DNA of 64,000 nucleotides from the human T2T-CHM13v2.0 reference genome, Homo sapiens, in assembly GCF_009914755.1 (NCBI RefSeq), contig NC_060939.1; one strand, given 5' to 3'. The position numbers were made by a program, and so were the translations under genes. Shown in pieces: positions 20,064-35,058 of this stretch. A model generated the notes under the pieces. The model was given only the letters and a program-made list of their open reading frames with translations, made no database searches and was not told the DNA's origin. Position 1 is the first letter of the stretch. Every line of letters starts with the position of its first letter.

Positions 20064-20255
20064 TGAGTAGCTGGGACCACAGGCACATGAAATCATGACC
20101 AGCTAATTTTTATATTTTTAGTAAAGACAGGGTTTCGCCATATTGGCCAGGCTGGTCTTGAACTCCTGACCTCAAGTGATCCGCCCACCTTGGCCTCCTA
20201 AAGTGCTGGGATTACAGGCGTGAGCCCACTGCACCCAGCCTATTTATTTGCTTTT

Positions 20256-20552
20256 AGAGACGGAGTCTCACTATGTTGTCTAGGGTGGAATGCAGTGGCT
20301 ATTCACAGTCACAATCCCTCCACTGATCAGCACAGTTTTGACCTGCTCCATTTTCATCCTGGGCCTGTTCACCCCTCCTTAGACACCCTTGCTTACAGGA
20401 GGTCACCATATTGAAGCTGAACTTAGCACAGACACTCGATCAATATAGCACACTACAGCCTAGAACTCTTGGGCTCAAGAATCCCTAGGCTTATCCTCCT
20501 GCCTCAGCCTTCTGAGGAGCAGGAACCACAGGGACACACCACTGTTCCCGGC
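20256..20552 (-). pseudogene. 7SL RNA (SRP RNA) retropseudogene, RN7SL-P family, near full length
   Basis: Contains the 7SL S-domain that Alu lacks (reverse complement): GCAGTGGCTATTCACAG...CTGATCAGCAC...TTTTGACCTGCTCC...TTCACCCCTCCTTAG...GGAGGTCACCATATTGA...GAACTTAG; many substitutions and small indels. Confidence 0.92.
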
Positions 20553-21085
20553 ACCATATCTTCTTGACACTAAGAGACCAGGCTCTGAACCACTGTGTTC
20601 AAGTTACCCCGTTGTGGGGCCTCTGTTCCTGCCCTAGGGGCCTCCCTGACTCAGCAACTGTGGGTGGCCTTGCTTCTGTGCCTGGACAGCAGAGGAGGTG
20701 AGAAGCCTTCCAGTTCCTTGAAAACCAAATACGGCCAGACCAGGCCTCTGAGGCCCAACCCTCAGGCTTGGCCTGCTCCTGCCTGCTCATATGGGCTGTG
20801 GGGCGCAACTCCCTACTCAACCTCCTGGCTCTGCTCCAGGGGGCTCTGGCAGAACCTCCATCCAGATCCTCCTTCTCAGGATCTTGTTGGGAAAAATACT
20901 GAAAGAGAACATAAAATGAGTGCCTCTCATCCATGCTGCAATAATTCCTAATTCTAAGACTTTGCTCATGTAATTTGGTCCACGGAGTACCTCTCAAATC
21001 AGTGTTTAATGTGTCTTTGGTGGCCAGTGTGAGCTATCAGGAAGAGTTACTTTATAACTGTGAGACCTGCAGTAAGTCACTCATC

Positions 21086-21132
21086 TCATCCATCACCCAT
21101 CCATCCATCCATCCATCCATCTACCCACCCAT
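21086..21132. repeat. (CCAT)n microsatellite
   Basis: Read directly from sequence. Confidence 0.9.
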
Positions 21133-21227
21133 TGGGCACCTACCTGTGCCAAACACATTACATACAGACTCTTCTTCCAGACCGGAAACTCCATGAGAAT
21201 TGCAGACCAGGTGTCAAAAGATAATTA

Positions 21228-21530
<303 letters not shown>

Positions 21531-21561
21531 TTAAAAAAAAGATAATTATTCAACCAATATC

Positions 21562-21909
21562 CATGTGTCTCAATGTGTCTCCTCCAATTTATATATTGAA
21601 ACATAATCTGCAATGTGGTAGTATTAAGAGGTGGGACTTTTGGGGGCGATCACTTCATGAAGCTCCATCCTTATAAATGGGATTAGTGCCCTTATAAAAG
21701 AAGCCTGAGGGAGTTTGTTCACCCCTTCTACCATGTAAGGACACATAGAAGACGTCCTCTATGAGGAACAGGCCCTCATTGACACCCAATCTACTGACGC
21801 CTTGTTCGTGGATTTCTCGGCCTCTAGAACTATGAGCAACATATTTCTGTTGTTTATATATTACTGAGTCTGAGGTATTTTGTTATAACAACAGGAGCAG
21901 ACTAAGACA
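21562..21909 (+). mobile_element. MaLR MST-type solo LTR
   Basis: AATGTGTCTCCTCC...GTATTAAGAGGTGGGAC...GGGATTAGTGCCCTTATAAAAG...TTTTGTTATAACAACAGGAGCAGACTAAGACA (MST 3' end). Confidence 0.8.
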
Positions 21910-22641
21910 ATGAACCGATGGGCCAAGGCTTGTCCTTACTACAGTCCTGGTAAGGCTGTTATCATTATCACCCCCATTTCACAGTTGAGAAGCCCGACAC
22001 TCAGAGAGGGGAAGTACAAAGAACATACAGCCAGAGATGAGTGGAGCTGAGACTTGGCCAAGTTCTTAACCCTCCTAACAGGGAGGAACCATGCTAAGGG
22101 GCAGGCCCTGGAGGAGGACACGGACCATTTCTCCTTCAGCTCTTGGCTTCCTTGGCAGGAAGTGGATTAATTCTTTCTCTTGTCTCCTTCCTAACCAAGC
22201 CTTTGAGGGTGCCCAGCTCAGAGTCTACAAAGTCCTTTTCAAGGTTTCCAGAGCCCTCCTCTCAGCCCTGTAGGGGATTCAGGGCGGGGGGACCTTCCTC
22301 ATGGTTCAGATGGGAGAATCGAGGCCTCTACTGCCCACAGTTACGTGCCATATTAGGGGCCTGGAATCTCATGCTTCAAGAAACTGAGCATGGAACTGGC
22401 TGCTAGATATTTCCTGTAGGTGTGGTATGAAGCTCTTAGAGTCTGACAGGTCCTAGCTCTGCCACTTACAAGTTATGCAGTCTTAGAGGAATCACTTCAC
22501 CCCTCTGAACTGCAGACTTCTCCCCTGAATAGTGAGGACAGTGCTAGTACCTATTTGAGAGATGTTGGGAGGATGAAATGAAACAATGCTTGTGAAGCAC
22601 TTAGCGTAGTACCTGGAACATAGTCAGTGCTCCAACAATGA

Positions 22642-22878
<237 letters not shown>

Positions 22879-23113
22879 TAATTTTTGTATTTTTAGTAGA
22901 GACAGTGTTTCACTGTGTTGGCCAGGCTGGTCTCCTACTCCTGGCCTCAAGTGATCCACCCTCCTTGGCCTCCCAAATTGTTAGGATAACAGGCGTGAGC
23001 CACCATGCCTGGCCAGCTAACGTCTTTTTTATTGCTACTATGTACCAGACACATTCATCTGGACAATATCCCTGTAACTTAGTGCCATTTTACAGATGTG
23101 ATAACTAAAATTA

Positions 23114-24785
<1,672 letters not shown>

Positions 24786-24786
24786 G

Positions 24787-25924
24787 TGGCTGGGTGGCTT
24801 GGGTGGCTGGGCTGGCTGGCTGGCTTGGCTGGGTGGCTTGGCTGGCTGGCTGGCTGGCTTCGGTGGCTGGGTGGCTTGGCTGGCTTGGCTGGCTGGCTGG
24901 CTGGCTTGGCTGGCTTGGCTGGCTGGCAGGCTTGGCTGGAATGACTGGATTGGCTGGCTTGGCTGGCTGGCAGGCTTGGCTGGAATGGCTGGCTTGGCTG
25001 GCTTGGCTGGCTGGCAGGCTTGGCTGGAATGGCTGGCTTGGCTGGCTTGGTTGGCTGGCTGGCTTGGCTGGCTTGGCTGGCTGGGTGGCTTGGCTGGCTT
25101 GGCTGGCTGGCCAGCTTGGCTACCTTGGCTGGCTGGCAGGCTTGGCTGGATTGGCTGGCTGGGTGGCTTGGCTGGCTTGGCTGGCTGGCTGGCTGGCTTG
25201 GCTGGCTTGGCTGGCTGGCAGGCTTGGCTGGAATGGCTGGCTTGGCTACCTTGGCTGGCTGGCAGGCTTGGCTGGATTGGCTGGCCTGGATGGCTTGGCT
25301 GGCTGGCTGGCTTGGCTAGCATGGCTGGCTTGCTTGGCTGGCTGGGTGGCTTGGGTGGCTTGGCTGGCTGGCTGTCTTGGCTGGCTGGCTGGCATGGCTG
25401 GCTTGGCTGACTAGGTGGCTTGACCGGCTTGGCTGGCTGGGTGGCTTGGCCGGCTGGGTGGCTTGGCCGGCTTGGCTGGCTGGCTGGCTTGGGGGGCTGG
25501 CTGGCTTGGCTGGCTTGGCTGGCTAGGCTGGGTGGCTGGGTGGCTTGGCTGGCTTGGCTGGCTTGGGTGGCTTGGCTGGCTAGGCTGGGTGGCTGTGTGG
25601 CTTGGCTCGCTTGGGGGGCTGGCTGGCTTGGCGGGCTTTGCTGGCTGGGTGGCTGGCTGGCTTGGCTGGCTGGCTGGCTTGGCTGGCTTGGCTGGCTTGG
25701 ATGGCTGGCTGGCTTGGCTTGCTTGGCTGGCTGGTTGGCTTGGCTGGCTTGCTTGGCTGGCTTGGCTGGCTGGCTGGCTTGGCTGGCTGACTGGCATGGT
25801 TGGCTTCGCTGGCTTGACTGTTTGGGTGGCTTGGCCAGCTTGGCTGGCTGAGTGGCTTGGCTGGCTTTGCTGGCTGGGTGGCTTGGCTGGCTTGGCTGGC
25901 TGGGCGGCCCACTGGCTTGGCTGC

Positions 25925-25957
<33 letters not shown>

Positions 25958-28348
25958 TTGGCTGGCTGGGTGGCTTGGTTGGCTTGGCTGGCTGGCTGTC
26001 TTGGCTGGCTGGCTGGCATGGCTGGCTTGGCTGACTGGGTGGCTGGCGGGCTTGGCTGGCTGGGTGTCTTGGCTGGCTGTGTGGCTTGGCTGGCTTGGCT
26101 GGCTGGGTGGCTTGGCTGGCTTGGCTGCCTAGGTGGCTTGGCTGGCCTGGCTGGCTGGCTGGCTTGGCTTGCTTGATTGGCTTGGCTGGCTTGGCTGGCT
26201 GGCTGGCTGGATTGGCTGGCTGGGTGGCTTGGCTGGCTGGGTCGCTTGGCTGGTTTGGCTGGCTGGGTGGCTGGCAGGCTTGGCCAGCTGGGTGGCTTGG
26301 CTGGCTGGGTGGCTTGGCTGGCTTGCCTGGCTGGGTGGCTTGGCTGGCTTGGCTGGCTGGCTGGCTTGGCTGGCTAGCTGCCTTGGCTGGCTTGGCTGGC
26401 TGGCTGGCTTGGCTGGCTTGGCTGGCTGGCTTGGCTGGCTTGGCTGGCTTGGCTGGCTTGGCCGGCTGGCAGGCTTGCCTGGCTTTTCTGGCTTACTGGC
26501 TTGGCTGGCTTGGTCGGCTTGGCTGGCTGGCTTCGGTGGCTTGGCTGGCTTGGCTGGCTGGCAGGCTTGGCTGGCTTGGCTGGGTTGGCTGGCTGGCTGT
26601 CTTGGCCGGCTTGGCTGGCTGGCTGGCTTGGCTTGCTTGGCTGCCTGTGCTGGCTGGCTGGCTGGGCTGTCTGGCTGGTTGGCTGGCTTGTCTGGCTTAG
26701 CTGCCTGTGCTGGCTGGCTGGCTGGGCTGTCTGGCTGGTTGGCTGGCTTGGCTGGCTTGGCTGGCTTGACTGACCGGCTTGGCTGGCTTTGCTCTCTTGG
26801 CTGGCTTGGCTGGGTGGCTGGCTTTGCTGGGTGGCTGGCTGGCTTGGCTGGTGGTCTGGTTTGGCTGGCTGACTGGCTGGGCTGGCTGGGCTCGCTGGCT
26901 GGCTTGCCCGGCTTGGCTGGCTGGGCTGGCTGGGCTCGCTGGCTGGCTTGCCCGGCTTGGCTGGCTGGCTGGCTGGGCTGGCTTGGCTGCCTTGGCTGGC
27001 TTGGCTGGCTGGCTGGCTTGGCTGGCTTTGCTGGCTGGCTGGCTGGGCTGGCTTGGCTGGCTTGGCTGGCTGGGTGGCTTGGCTGGCTGGCTGGTTTGCC
27101 TAGCTTGGCTGGCTGGCTTGGCTGGCTGGGTGGGTTGGCTGCCTTGGCTGGCTGGCTGTCTTGGCTTTCTAGCTGGCATGGCTGGCTTGGCTGACTGGGT
27201 GCCTGGCTGGCTTGGCTGGCTGGGTGGCTTGGCTGGCTTGGCTGGCTTGGGTGGCTGGGTGGCTTGGCTGGATTGGCTGGCCGGCTGGGCTGGCTTACAC
27301 GGCTGGCTGGCTTGGCTGGCTTGGCTGGCTGGCTGTCTTGTGTGGCTGGCTGGCATGGCTGGCTTGGCTGACTGGGTGGCTGGCGGGCTTGGCTGTCTGG
27401 GTGGTTTGGCTGGCTTGGCTGGCTGGGTGGCTGGCTGGCTTGGCTGGCTGGGTGGCTTGGCTGGCTGCGTGGCTTGGCAGGCTTGGCTGGCTGGGTGGCT
27501 GGCTGGCTTGGCTGGCTGGGTGGCTTGGCTGGCTTGGCTGGCTGGGTGGCTTGGCTGGCTTGGCTGGCTAGGTGGCTTGGCTGGCTTGGCTGGCTCGGGT
27601 GGCTTGGCTGGCTTGCCTGGCTTCGCTGGCTTGGCTGTCTGGGTGGCTTGGCTGGCTTGGCTGTCTGGGTGGCTTGGCTGGCTTGGCTGGCTGGCTGCCT
27701 TGGCTGGCTTGGCTGGCTGGGTGGCTTGGCTGGCTTGGCTGGCTGGGTGGCTGTCTGGCTTTGCTGGCTGGGTGGCTTGGCTGGCTTGGCTGGCTTGGGT
27801 GGCTTGGCTGGCTAGGCTGGGTGGCTGTCTGGCTTGGCTGGCTGGGTGGCTTGGCTGGCTTGGCTGGCTTGGGTGGCTTGGCTGGCTAGGGTGGCTGGCT
27901 GGCTTGGCTGGCTTGGGGGGCTGGCTGGCTTGGCTGGCTTGGCTGGCTAGGCTGGGTGGCTGGGTGGCTTGGCTGGCTTGGCTGGCTTGGGTGGCTTGGC
28001 TGGCTAGGCTGGGTGGCTGTGTGGCTTGGCTGGCTTGGGGGGCTGGCTGGCTTGGCTGGCTTTGCTGGCTGGGTGGCTGGCTGGCTTGGCTGGCTGGCTG
28101 GCTTGGCTGGCTTGGCTGGCTTGGATGGCTGGCTGGCTTGGCTTGCTTGGCTGGCTGGTTGGCTTGGCTGGCTTGCTTGGCTGGCTTGGCTGGCTGGCTG
28201 GCTTGGCTGGCTGACTGGCATGGTTGGCTTCGCTGGCTTGACTGTTTGGGTGGCTTGGCCAGCTTGGCTGGCTGAGTGGCTTGGCTGGCTTTGCTGGCTG
28301 GGTGGCTTGGCTGGCTTGGCTGGCTGGGCGGCCCACTGGCTTGGCTGC

Positions 28349-28381
<33 letters not shown>

Positions 28382-31300
28382 TTGGCTGGCTGGGTGGCTT
28401 GGTTGGCTTGGCTGGCTGGCTGTCTTGGCTGGCTGGCTGGCATGGCTGGCTTGGCTGACTGGGTGGCTGGCGGGCTTGGCTGGCTGGGTGTCTTGGCTGG
28501 CTGTGTGGCTTGGCTGGCTTGGCTGGCTGGGTGGCTTGGCTGGCTTGGCTGGCTAGGTGGCTTGGCTGGCCTGGCTGGCTGGCTGGCTTGGCTTGCTTGA
28601 TTGGCTTGGCTGGCTTGGCTGGCTGGCTGGCTGGCTTGCCTGGCTGGGTGGCTTGGCTGGCTGGGTCGCTTGGCTGGTTTGGCTGGCTGGGTGGCTGGCT
28701 GGCTTGGCCAGCTGGGTGGCTTGGCTGGCTGGGTGGCTTGGCTGGCTTGCCTGGCTGGGTGGCTTGGCTGGCTTGGCTGGCTGGCTGGCTTGGCTGGCTT
28801 GGCTGGCTGGCTGGCTTGGCTGGCTTGGTTGGCTTGGCTGGCTGGCTGGCTGCCTTGGCTGGCTTGGCTGGCTGGCTTGGCTGGCTTGGCTGGCTTGGCT
28901 GGCTTGGCCGGCTGGCAGGCTTGCCTGGCTTTTCTGGCTTACTGGCTTGGCTGGCTTGGTCGGCTTGGCTGGCTGGCTTGGGTGGCTTGGCTGGCTTGGC
29001 TGGCTGGCAGGCTTGGCTGGCTTGGCTGGCTGGCTGGCATGGCTTGCTTGGCTGCCTGTGCTGGCTGGCTGGCTGGTTGGCTGACTTGTCTGGCTTAGCT
29101 GCCTGTGCTGGCTGGCTGGCTGGGCTGTCTGGCTGGTTGGCTGGCTTGGCTGGCTTGGCTGGCTTGACTGACCGGCTTGGCTGGCTTTGCTCTCTTGGCT
29201 GGCTTGGCTGGGTGGCTGGCTTTGCTGGGTGGCTGGCTGGCTTGGCTGGTGGTCTGGTTTGGCTGGCTGACTGGCTGGGCTGGCTGGGCTCGCTGGCTGG
29301 CTTGCCCGGCTTGGCTGGCTGGGCTGGCTGGGCTCGCTGGCTGGCTTGCCCGGCTTGGCTGGCTGGCTGGCTGGGCTGGCTTGGCTGCCTTGGCTGGCTT
29401 GGCTGGCTGGCTGGCTGGGCTGGCTTTGCTGGCTGGCTGGCTGGGCTGGCTTGGCTGGCTTGGCTGGCTGGGTGGCTTGGCTGGCTGGCTGGTTTGCCTA
29501 GCTTGGCTGGCTGGCTTGGCTGGCTGGGTGGGTTGGCTGCCTTGGCTGGCTGGCTGTCTTGGCTTTCTAGCTGGCATGGCTGGCTTGGCTGACTGGGTGC
29601 CTGGCTGGCTTGGCTGGCTGGGTGGCTTGGCTGGCTTGGCTGGCTTGGGTGGCTGGGTGGCTTGGCTGGATTGGCTGGCCGGCTGGGCTGGCTTACACGG
29701 CTGGCTGGCTTGGCTGGCTTGGCTGGCTGGCTGTCTTGTGTGGCTGGCTGGCATGGCTGGCTTGGCTGACTGGGTGGCTGGCGGGCTTGGCTGTCTGGGT
29801 GGTTTGGCTGGCTTGGCTGGCTGGGTGGCTGGCTGGCTTGGCTGGCTGGGTGGCTTGGCTGGCTGCGTGGCTTGGCAGGCTTGGCTGGCTGGGTGGCTGG
29901 CTGGCTTGGCTGTCTGGGTGGCTTGGCTGGCTTGGCTGGCTGGGTGGCTTCGCTGGCTTGGCTGGCTAGGTGGCTTGGCTGGCTTGGCTGGCTTGGGTGG
30001 CTTGGCTGGCTTGCCTGGCTTCGCTGGCTTGGCTGTCTGGGTGGCTTGGCTGGCTTGGCTGTCTGGGTGGCTTGGCTGGCTTGGCTGGCTGGCTGGCTTG
30101 GCTGGCTTGGCTGGCTTGGCTGGCTGGCTGCCTTGGCTGGCTTGGCTGGCTGGCTGGCTTGGCTGGCTTGGCTGGCTGGCTTGGCTGGCTTGGCTGGCTT
30201 GGCTGGCTTGGCCGGCTGGCAGGCTTGCCTGGCTTTTCTGGCTTACTGGCTTGGCTGGCTTGGTCGGCTTGGCTGGCTGGCTTGGGTGGCTTGGCTGGCT
30301 TGGCTGGCTGGCAGGCTTGGCTGGCTTGGCTGGGTTGGCTGGCTGGCTGTCTTGGCCGGCTTGGCTGGCTGGCTGGCATGGCTTGCTTGGCTGCCTGTGC
30401 TGGCTGGCTGGCTGGGCTGTCTGGCTGGTTGGCTGGCTTGTCTGGCTTAGCTGCCTGTGCTGGCTGGCTGGCTGGGCTGTCTGGCTGGTTGGCTGGCTTG
30501 GCTGGCTTGGCTGGCTTGACTGACCGGCTTGGCTGGCTTTGCTCTCTTGGCTGGCTTGGCTGGGTGGCTGGCTTTGCTGGGTGGCTGGCTGGCTTGGCTG
30601 GTGGTCTGGTTTGGCTGGCTGACTGGCTGGGCTGGCTGGGCTCGCTGGCTGGCTTGCCCGGCTTGGCTGGCTGGGCTGGCTGGGCTCGCTGGCTGGCTTG
30701 CCTGGCTTGGCTGGCTGGCTGGCTGGGCTGGCTTGGCTGCCTTGGCTGGCTTGGCTGGCTGGCTGGCTTGGCTGGCTTTGCTGGCTGGCTGGCTGGGCTG
30801 GCTTGGCTGGCTTGGCTGGCTGGGTGGCTTGGCTGGCTGGCTGGTTTGCCTAGCTTGGCTGGCTGGCTTGGCTGGCTGGGTGGGTTGGCTGCCTTGGCTG
30901 GCTGGCTGTCTTGGCTTTCTAGCTGGCATGGCTGGCTTGGCTGACTGGGTGCCTGGCTGGCTTGGCTGGCTGGGTGGCTTGGCTGGCTTGGCTGGCTTGG
31001 GTGGCTGGGTGGCTTGGCTGGATTGGCTGGCCGGCTGGGCTGGCTTACACGGCTGGCTGGCTTGGCTGGCTTGTGTGGCTGGCTGGCATGGCTGGCTTGG
31101 CTGACTGGGTGGCTGGCGGGCTTGGCTGTCTGGGTGGTTTGGCTGGCTTGGCTGGCTGGGTGGCTGGCTGGCTTGGCTGGCTGGGTGGCTTGGCTGGCTG
31201 CGTGGCTTGGCAGGCTTGGCTGGCTGGGTGGCTGGCTGGCTTGGCTGGCTGGGTGGCTTGGCTGGCTTGGCTGGCTGGGTGGCTTGGCTGGCTTGGCTGG

Positions 31301-32081
31301 CTAGGTGGCTTGGCTGGCTTGGCTGGCTCGGGTGGCTTGGCTGGCTTGCCTGGCTTCGCTGGCTTGGCTGTCTGGGTGGCTTGGCTGGCTTGGCTGTCTG
31401 GGTGGCTTGGCTGGCTTGGCTGGCTGGCTGCCTTGGCTGGCTTGGCTGGCTGGGTGGCTTGGCTGGCTTGGCTGGCTGGGTGGCTGTCTGGCTTTGCTGG
31501 CTGGGTGGCTTGGCTGGCTTGGCTGGCTTGGGTGGCTTGGCTGGCTAGGCTGGGTGGCTGTCTGGCTTGGCTGGCTGGGTGGCTTGGCTGGCTTGGCTGG
31601 CTTGGGTGGCTTGGCTGGCTAGGGTGGCTGGCTGGCTTGGCTGGCTTGGGGGGCTGGCTGGCTTGGCTGGCTTGGCTGGCTAGGCTGGGTGGCTGGGTGG
31701 CTTGGCTGGCTTGGCTGGCTTGGGTGGCTTGGCTGGCTAGGCTGGGTGGCTGTGTGGCTTGGCTGGCTTGGGGGGCTGGCTGGCTTGGCGGGCTTTGCTG
31801 GCTGGGTGGCTGGCTGGCTTGGCTGGCTGGCTGGCTTGGCTGGCTTGGCTGGCTTGGATGGCTGGCTGGCTTGGCTTGCTTGGCTGGCTGGTTGGCTTGG
31901 CTGGCTTGCTTGGCTGGCTTGGCTGGCTGGCTGGCTTGGCTGGCTGACTGGCATGGTTGGCTTCGCTGGCTTGACTGTTTGGGTGGCTTGGCCAGCTTGG
32001 CTGGCTGAGTGGCTTGGCTGGCTTTGCTGGCTGGGTGGCTTGGCTGGCTTGGCTGGCTGGGCGGCCCACTGGCTTGGCTGC

Positions 32082-32114
<33 letters not shown>

Positions 32115-34340
32115 TTGGCTGGCTGGGTGGCTTGGTTGGCTTGGCTGGCTGGCTGTCTTGGCTGGCTGGCTGGCATGGCTGGCTTGGCTGACTGGGTGGC
32201 TGGCGGGCTTGGCTGGCTGGGTGTCTTGGCTGGCTGTGTGGCTTGGCTGGCTTGGCTGGCTGGGTGGCTTGGCTGGCTTGGCTGGCTAGGTGGCTTGGCT
32301 GGCCTGGCTGGCTGGCTGGCTTGGCTTGCTTGATTGGCTTGGCTGGCTTGGCTGGCTGGCTGGCTGGCTTGCCTGGCTGGGTGGCTTGGCTGGCTGGGTC
32401 GCTTGGCTGGTTTGGCTGGCTGGGTGGCTGGCTGGCTTGGCCAGCTGGGTGGCTTGGCCGGCTGGGTGGCTTGGCTGGCTTGCCTGGCTGGGTGGCTTGG
32501 CTGGCTTGGCTGGCTGGCTGGCTTGGCTGGCTTGGCTGGCTTGGCTGGCTGGCTGGCTGCCTTGGCTGGCTTGGCTGGCTGGCTTGGCTGGCTTGGCTGG
32601 CTTGGCTGGCTTGGCCGGCTGGCAGGCTTGCCTGGCTTTTCTGGCTTACTGGCTTGGCTGGCTTGGTCGGCTTGGCTGGCTGGCTTGGGTGGCTTGGCTG
32701 GCTTGGCTGGCTGGCAGGCTTGGCTGGCTTGGCTGGCTGGCTGGCATGGCTTGCTTGGCTGCCTGTGCTGGCTGGCTGGCTGGGCTGTGTGGCTGGTTGG
32801 CTGACTTGTCTGGCTTAGCTGCCTGTGCTGGCTGGCTGGCTGGGCTGTCTGGCTGGTTGGCTGGCTTGGCTGGCTTGGCTGGCTTGACTGACCGGCTTGG
32901 CTGGCTTTGCTTTCTTGGCTGGCTTGGCTGGGTGGCTGGCTTTGCTGGGTGGCTGGCTGGCTTGGCTGGTGGTCTGGTTTGGCTGGCTGACTGGCTGGGC
33001 TGGCTGGGCTCGCTGGCTGGCTTGCCCGGCTTGGCTGGCTGGGCTGGCTGGGCTCGCTGGCTGGCTTGCCCGGCTTGGCTGGCTGGCTGGCTGGGCTGGC
33101 TTGGCTGCCTTGGCTGGCTTGGCTGGCAGGCTGGCTGGGCTGGCTTTGCTGGCTGGCTGGCTGGGCTGGCTTGGCTGGCTTGGCTGGCTGGGTGGCTTGG
33201 CTGGCTGGCTGGTTTGCCTAGCTTGGCTGGCTGGCTTGGCTGGCTGGGTGGGTTGGCTGCCTTGGCTGGCTGGCTGTCTTGGCTTTCTAGCTGGCATGGC
33301 TGGCTTGGCTGACTGGGTGCCTGGCTGGCTTGGCTGGCTGGGTGGCTTGGCTGGCTTGGCTGGCTTGGGTGGCTGGGTGGCTTGGCTGGATTGGCTGGCC
33401 GGCTGGGCTGGCTTACACGGCTGGCTGGCTTGGCTGGCTTGGCTGGCTGGCTGTCTTGTGTGGCTGGCTGGCATGGCTGGCTTGGCTGACTGGGTGGCTG
33501 GCGGGCTTGGCTGTCTGGGTGGTTTGGCTGGCTTGGCTGGCTGGGTGGCTGGCTGGCTTGGCTGGCTGGGTGGCTTGGCTGGCTGCGTGGCTTGGCAGGC
33601 TTGGCTGGCTGGGTGGCTGGCTGGCTTGGCTGGCTGGGTGGCTTGGCTGGCTTGGCTGGCTGGGTGGCTTCGCTGGCTTGGCTGGCTAGGTGGCTTGGCT
33701 GGCTTGGCTGTCTGGGTGGCTTGGCTGGCTTGGCTGGCTGGCTGCCTTGGCTGGCTTGGCTGGCTGGGTGGCTTGACTGGCTTGGCTGGCTGGGTGGCTG
33801 TCTGGCTTTGCTGGCTGGGTGGCTTGGCTGGCTTGGCTGGCTTGGGTGGCTTGGCTGGCTAGGCTGGGTGGCTGTCTGGCTTGGCTGGCTGGGTGGCTTG
33901 GCTGGCTTGGCTGGCTTGGGTGGCTTGGCTGGCTAGGGTGGCTGGCTGGCTTGGCTGGCTTGGGGGGCTGGCTGGCTTGGCTGGCTTGGCTGGCTAGGCT
34001 GGGTGGCTGGGTGGTTTGGCTGGCTTGGCTGGCTTGGGTGGCTTGGCTGGCTAGGGTGGCTGGCTGGCTTGGCTGGCTTGGGGGGCTGGCTGGCTTGGCT
34101 GGCTTGGCTGGCTTGGATGGCTGGCTGGCTTGGCTTGCTTGGCTGGCTGGTTGGCTTGGCTGGCTTGCTTGGCTGGCTTGGCTGGCTGGCTGGCTTGGCT
34201 GGCTGACTGGCATGGTTGGCTTCGCTGGCTTGACTGTTTGGGTGGCTTGGCCAGCTTGGCTGGCTGAGTGGCTTGGCTGGCTTTGCTGGCTGGGTGGCTT
34301 GGCTGGCTTGGCTGGCTGGGCGGTCCACTGGCTTGGCTGC

Positions 34341-34373
<33 letters not shown>

Positions 34374-35058
34374 TTGGCTGGCTGGGTGGCTTGGTTGGCT
34401 TGGCTGGCTGGCAGTCTTGGCTGGCTGGCTGGCATGGCTGGCTTGGCTGACTGGGTGGCTGGCGGGCTTGGCTGGCTGGGTGTCTTGGCTGGCTGTGTGG
34501 CTTGGCTGGCTTGGCTGGCTGGGTGGCTTGGCTTGCTTGGCTGGCTAGGTGGCTTGGCTGGCCTGGCTGGCTGGCTGGCTTGGCTTGCTTGATTGGCTTG
34601 GCTGGCTTGGCTGGCTGGCTGCCTGGCTTTGCTGGCTGCCTGGCTGGGCTGGCTTGGCTGGCTTGGCTGTCTTGGCTGACCTGCCTGGCTGAGTGGCTTG
34701 GCTGGCTTGGCTGACTGGCTTGGCTGGCTTTGCTGGCTGGTTTTCCTGTCTTGGCTGGCTGGCTGGGCTGTCTTGGCTGGTTGGGCTGGTTGGCTGGCTG
34801 GGGCGGCTGGGCCTGCTGGCTGGCTTGGCTGGCTGGCTGGCTTTGCTGGCTTGGCTGGCTGGCAGGCTTGGCTGGCTGGTTGGCTTGGCTGGCTTGGCTG
34901 GCTTGGCCGGCTTTCCTGGCTGGCTGGCTTGGCTGGCTTTTCTGGCTGGCTGGCTTGGCTGGCTTGGCTGGCTGGCTAGCTTGCTAACTTGGCTGGCTTG
35001 GCTGGGTTGGTGGCTTGGATGGCTTGGCTGACTGGCTTGGCTTGCTTGGCTGGCTTGG
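24787..35058. repeat. ~10.3 kb GGCT/GGCTT/GGGT (AGCC/AAGCC) simple-sequence satellite with ~2.4 kb higher-order repeat
   Basis: Continuous 4-5 bp units; rare variant motifs recur at ~2.4 kb spacing (G(C/T)CCACT at 25907, 28331, 32064, 34323; CTTACACGG at 27294, 29692, 31044, 33412). Confidence 0.97.
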
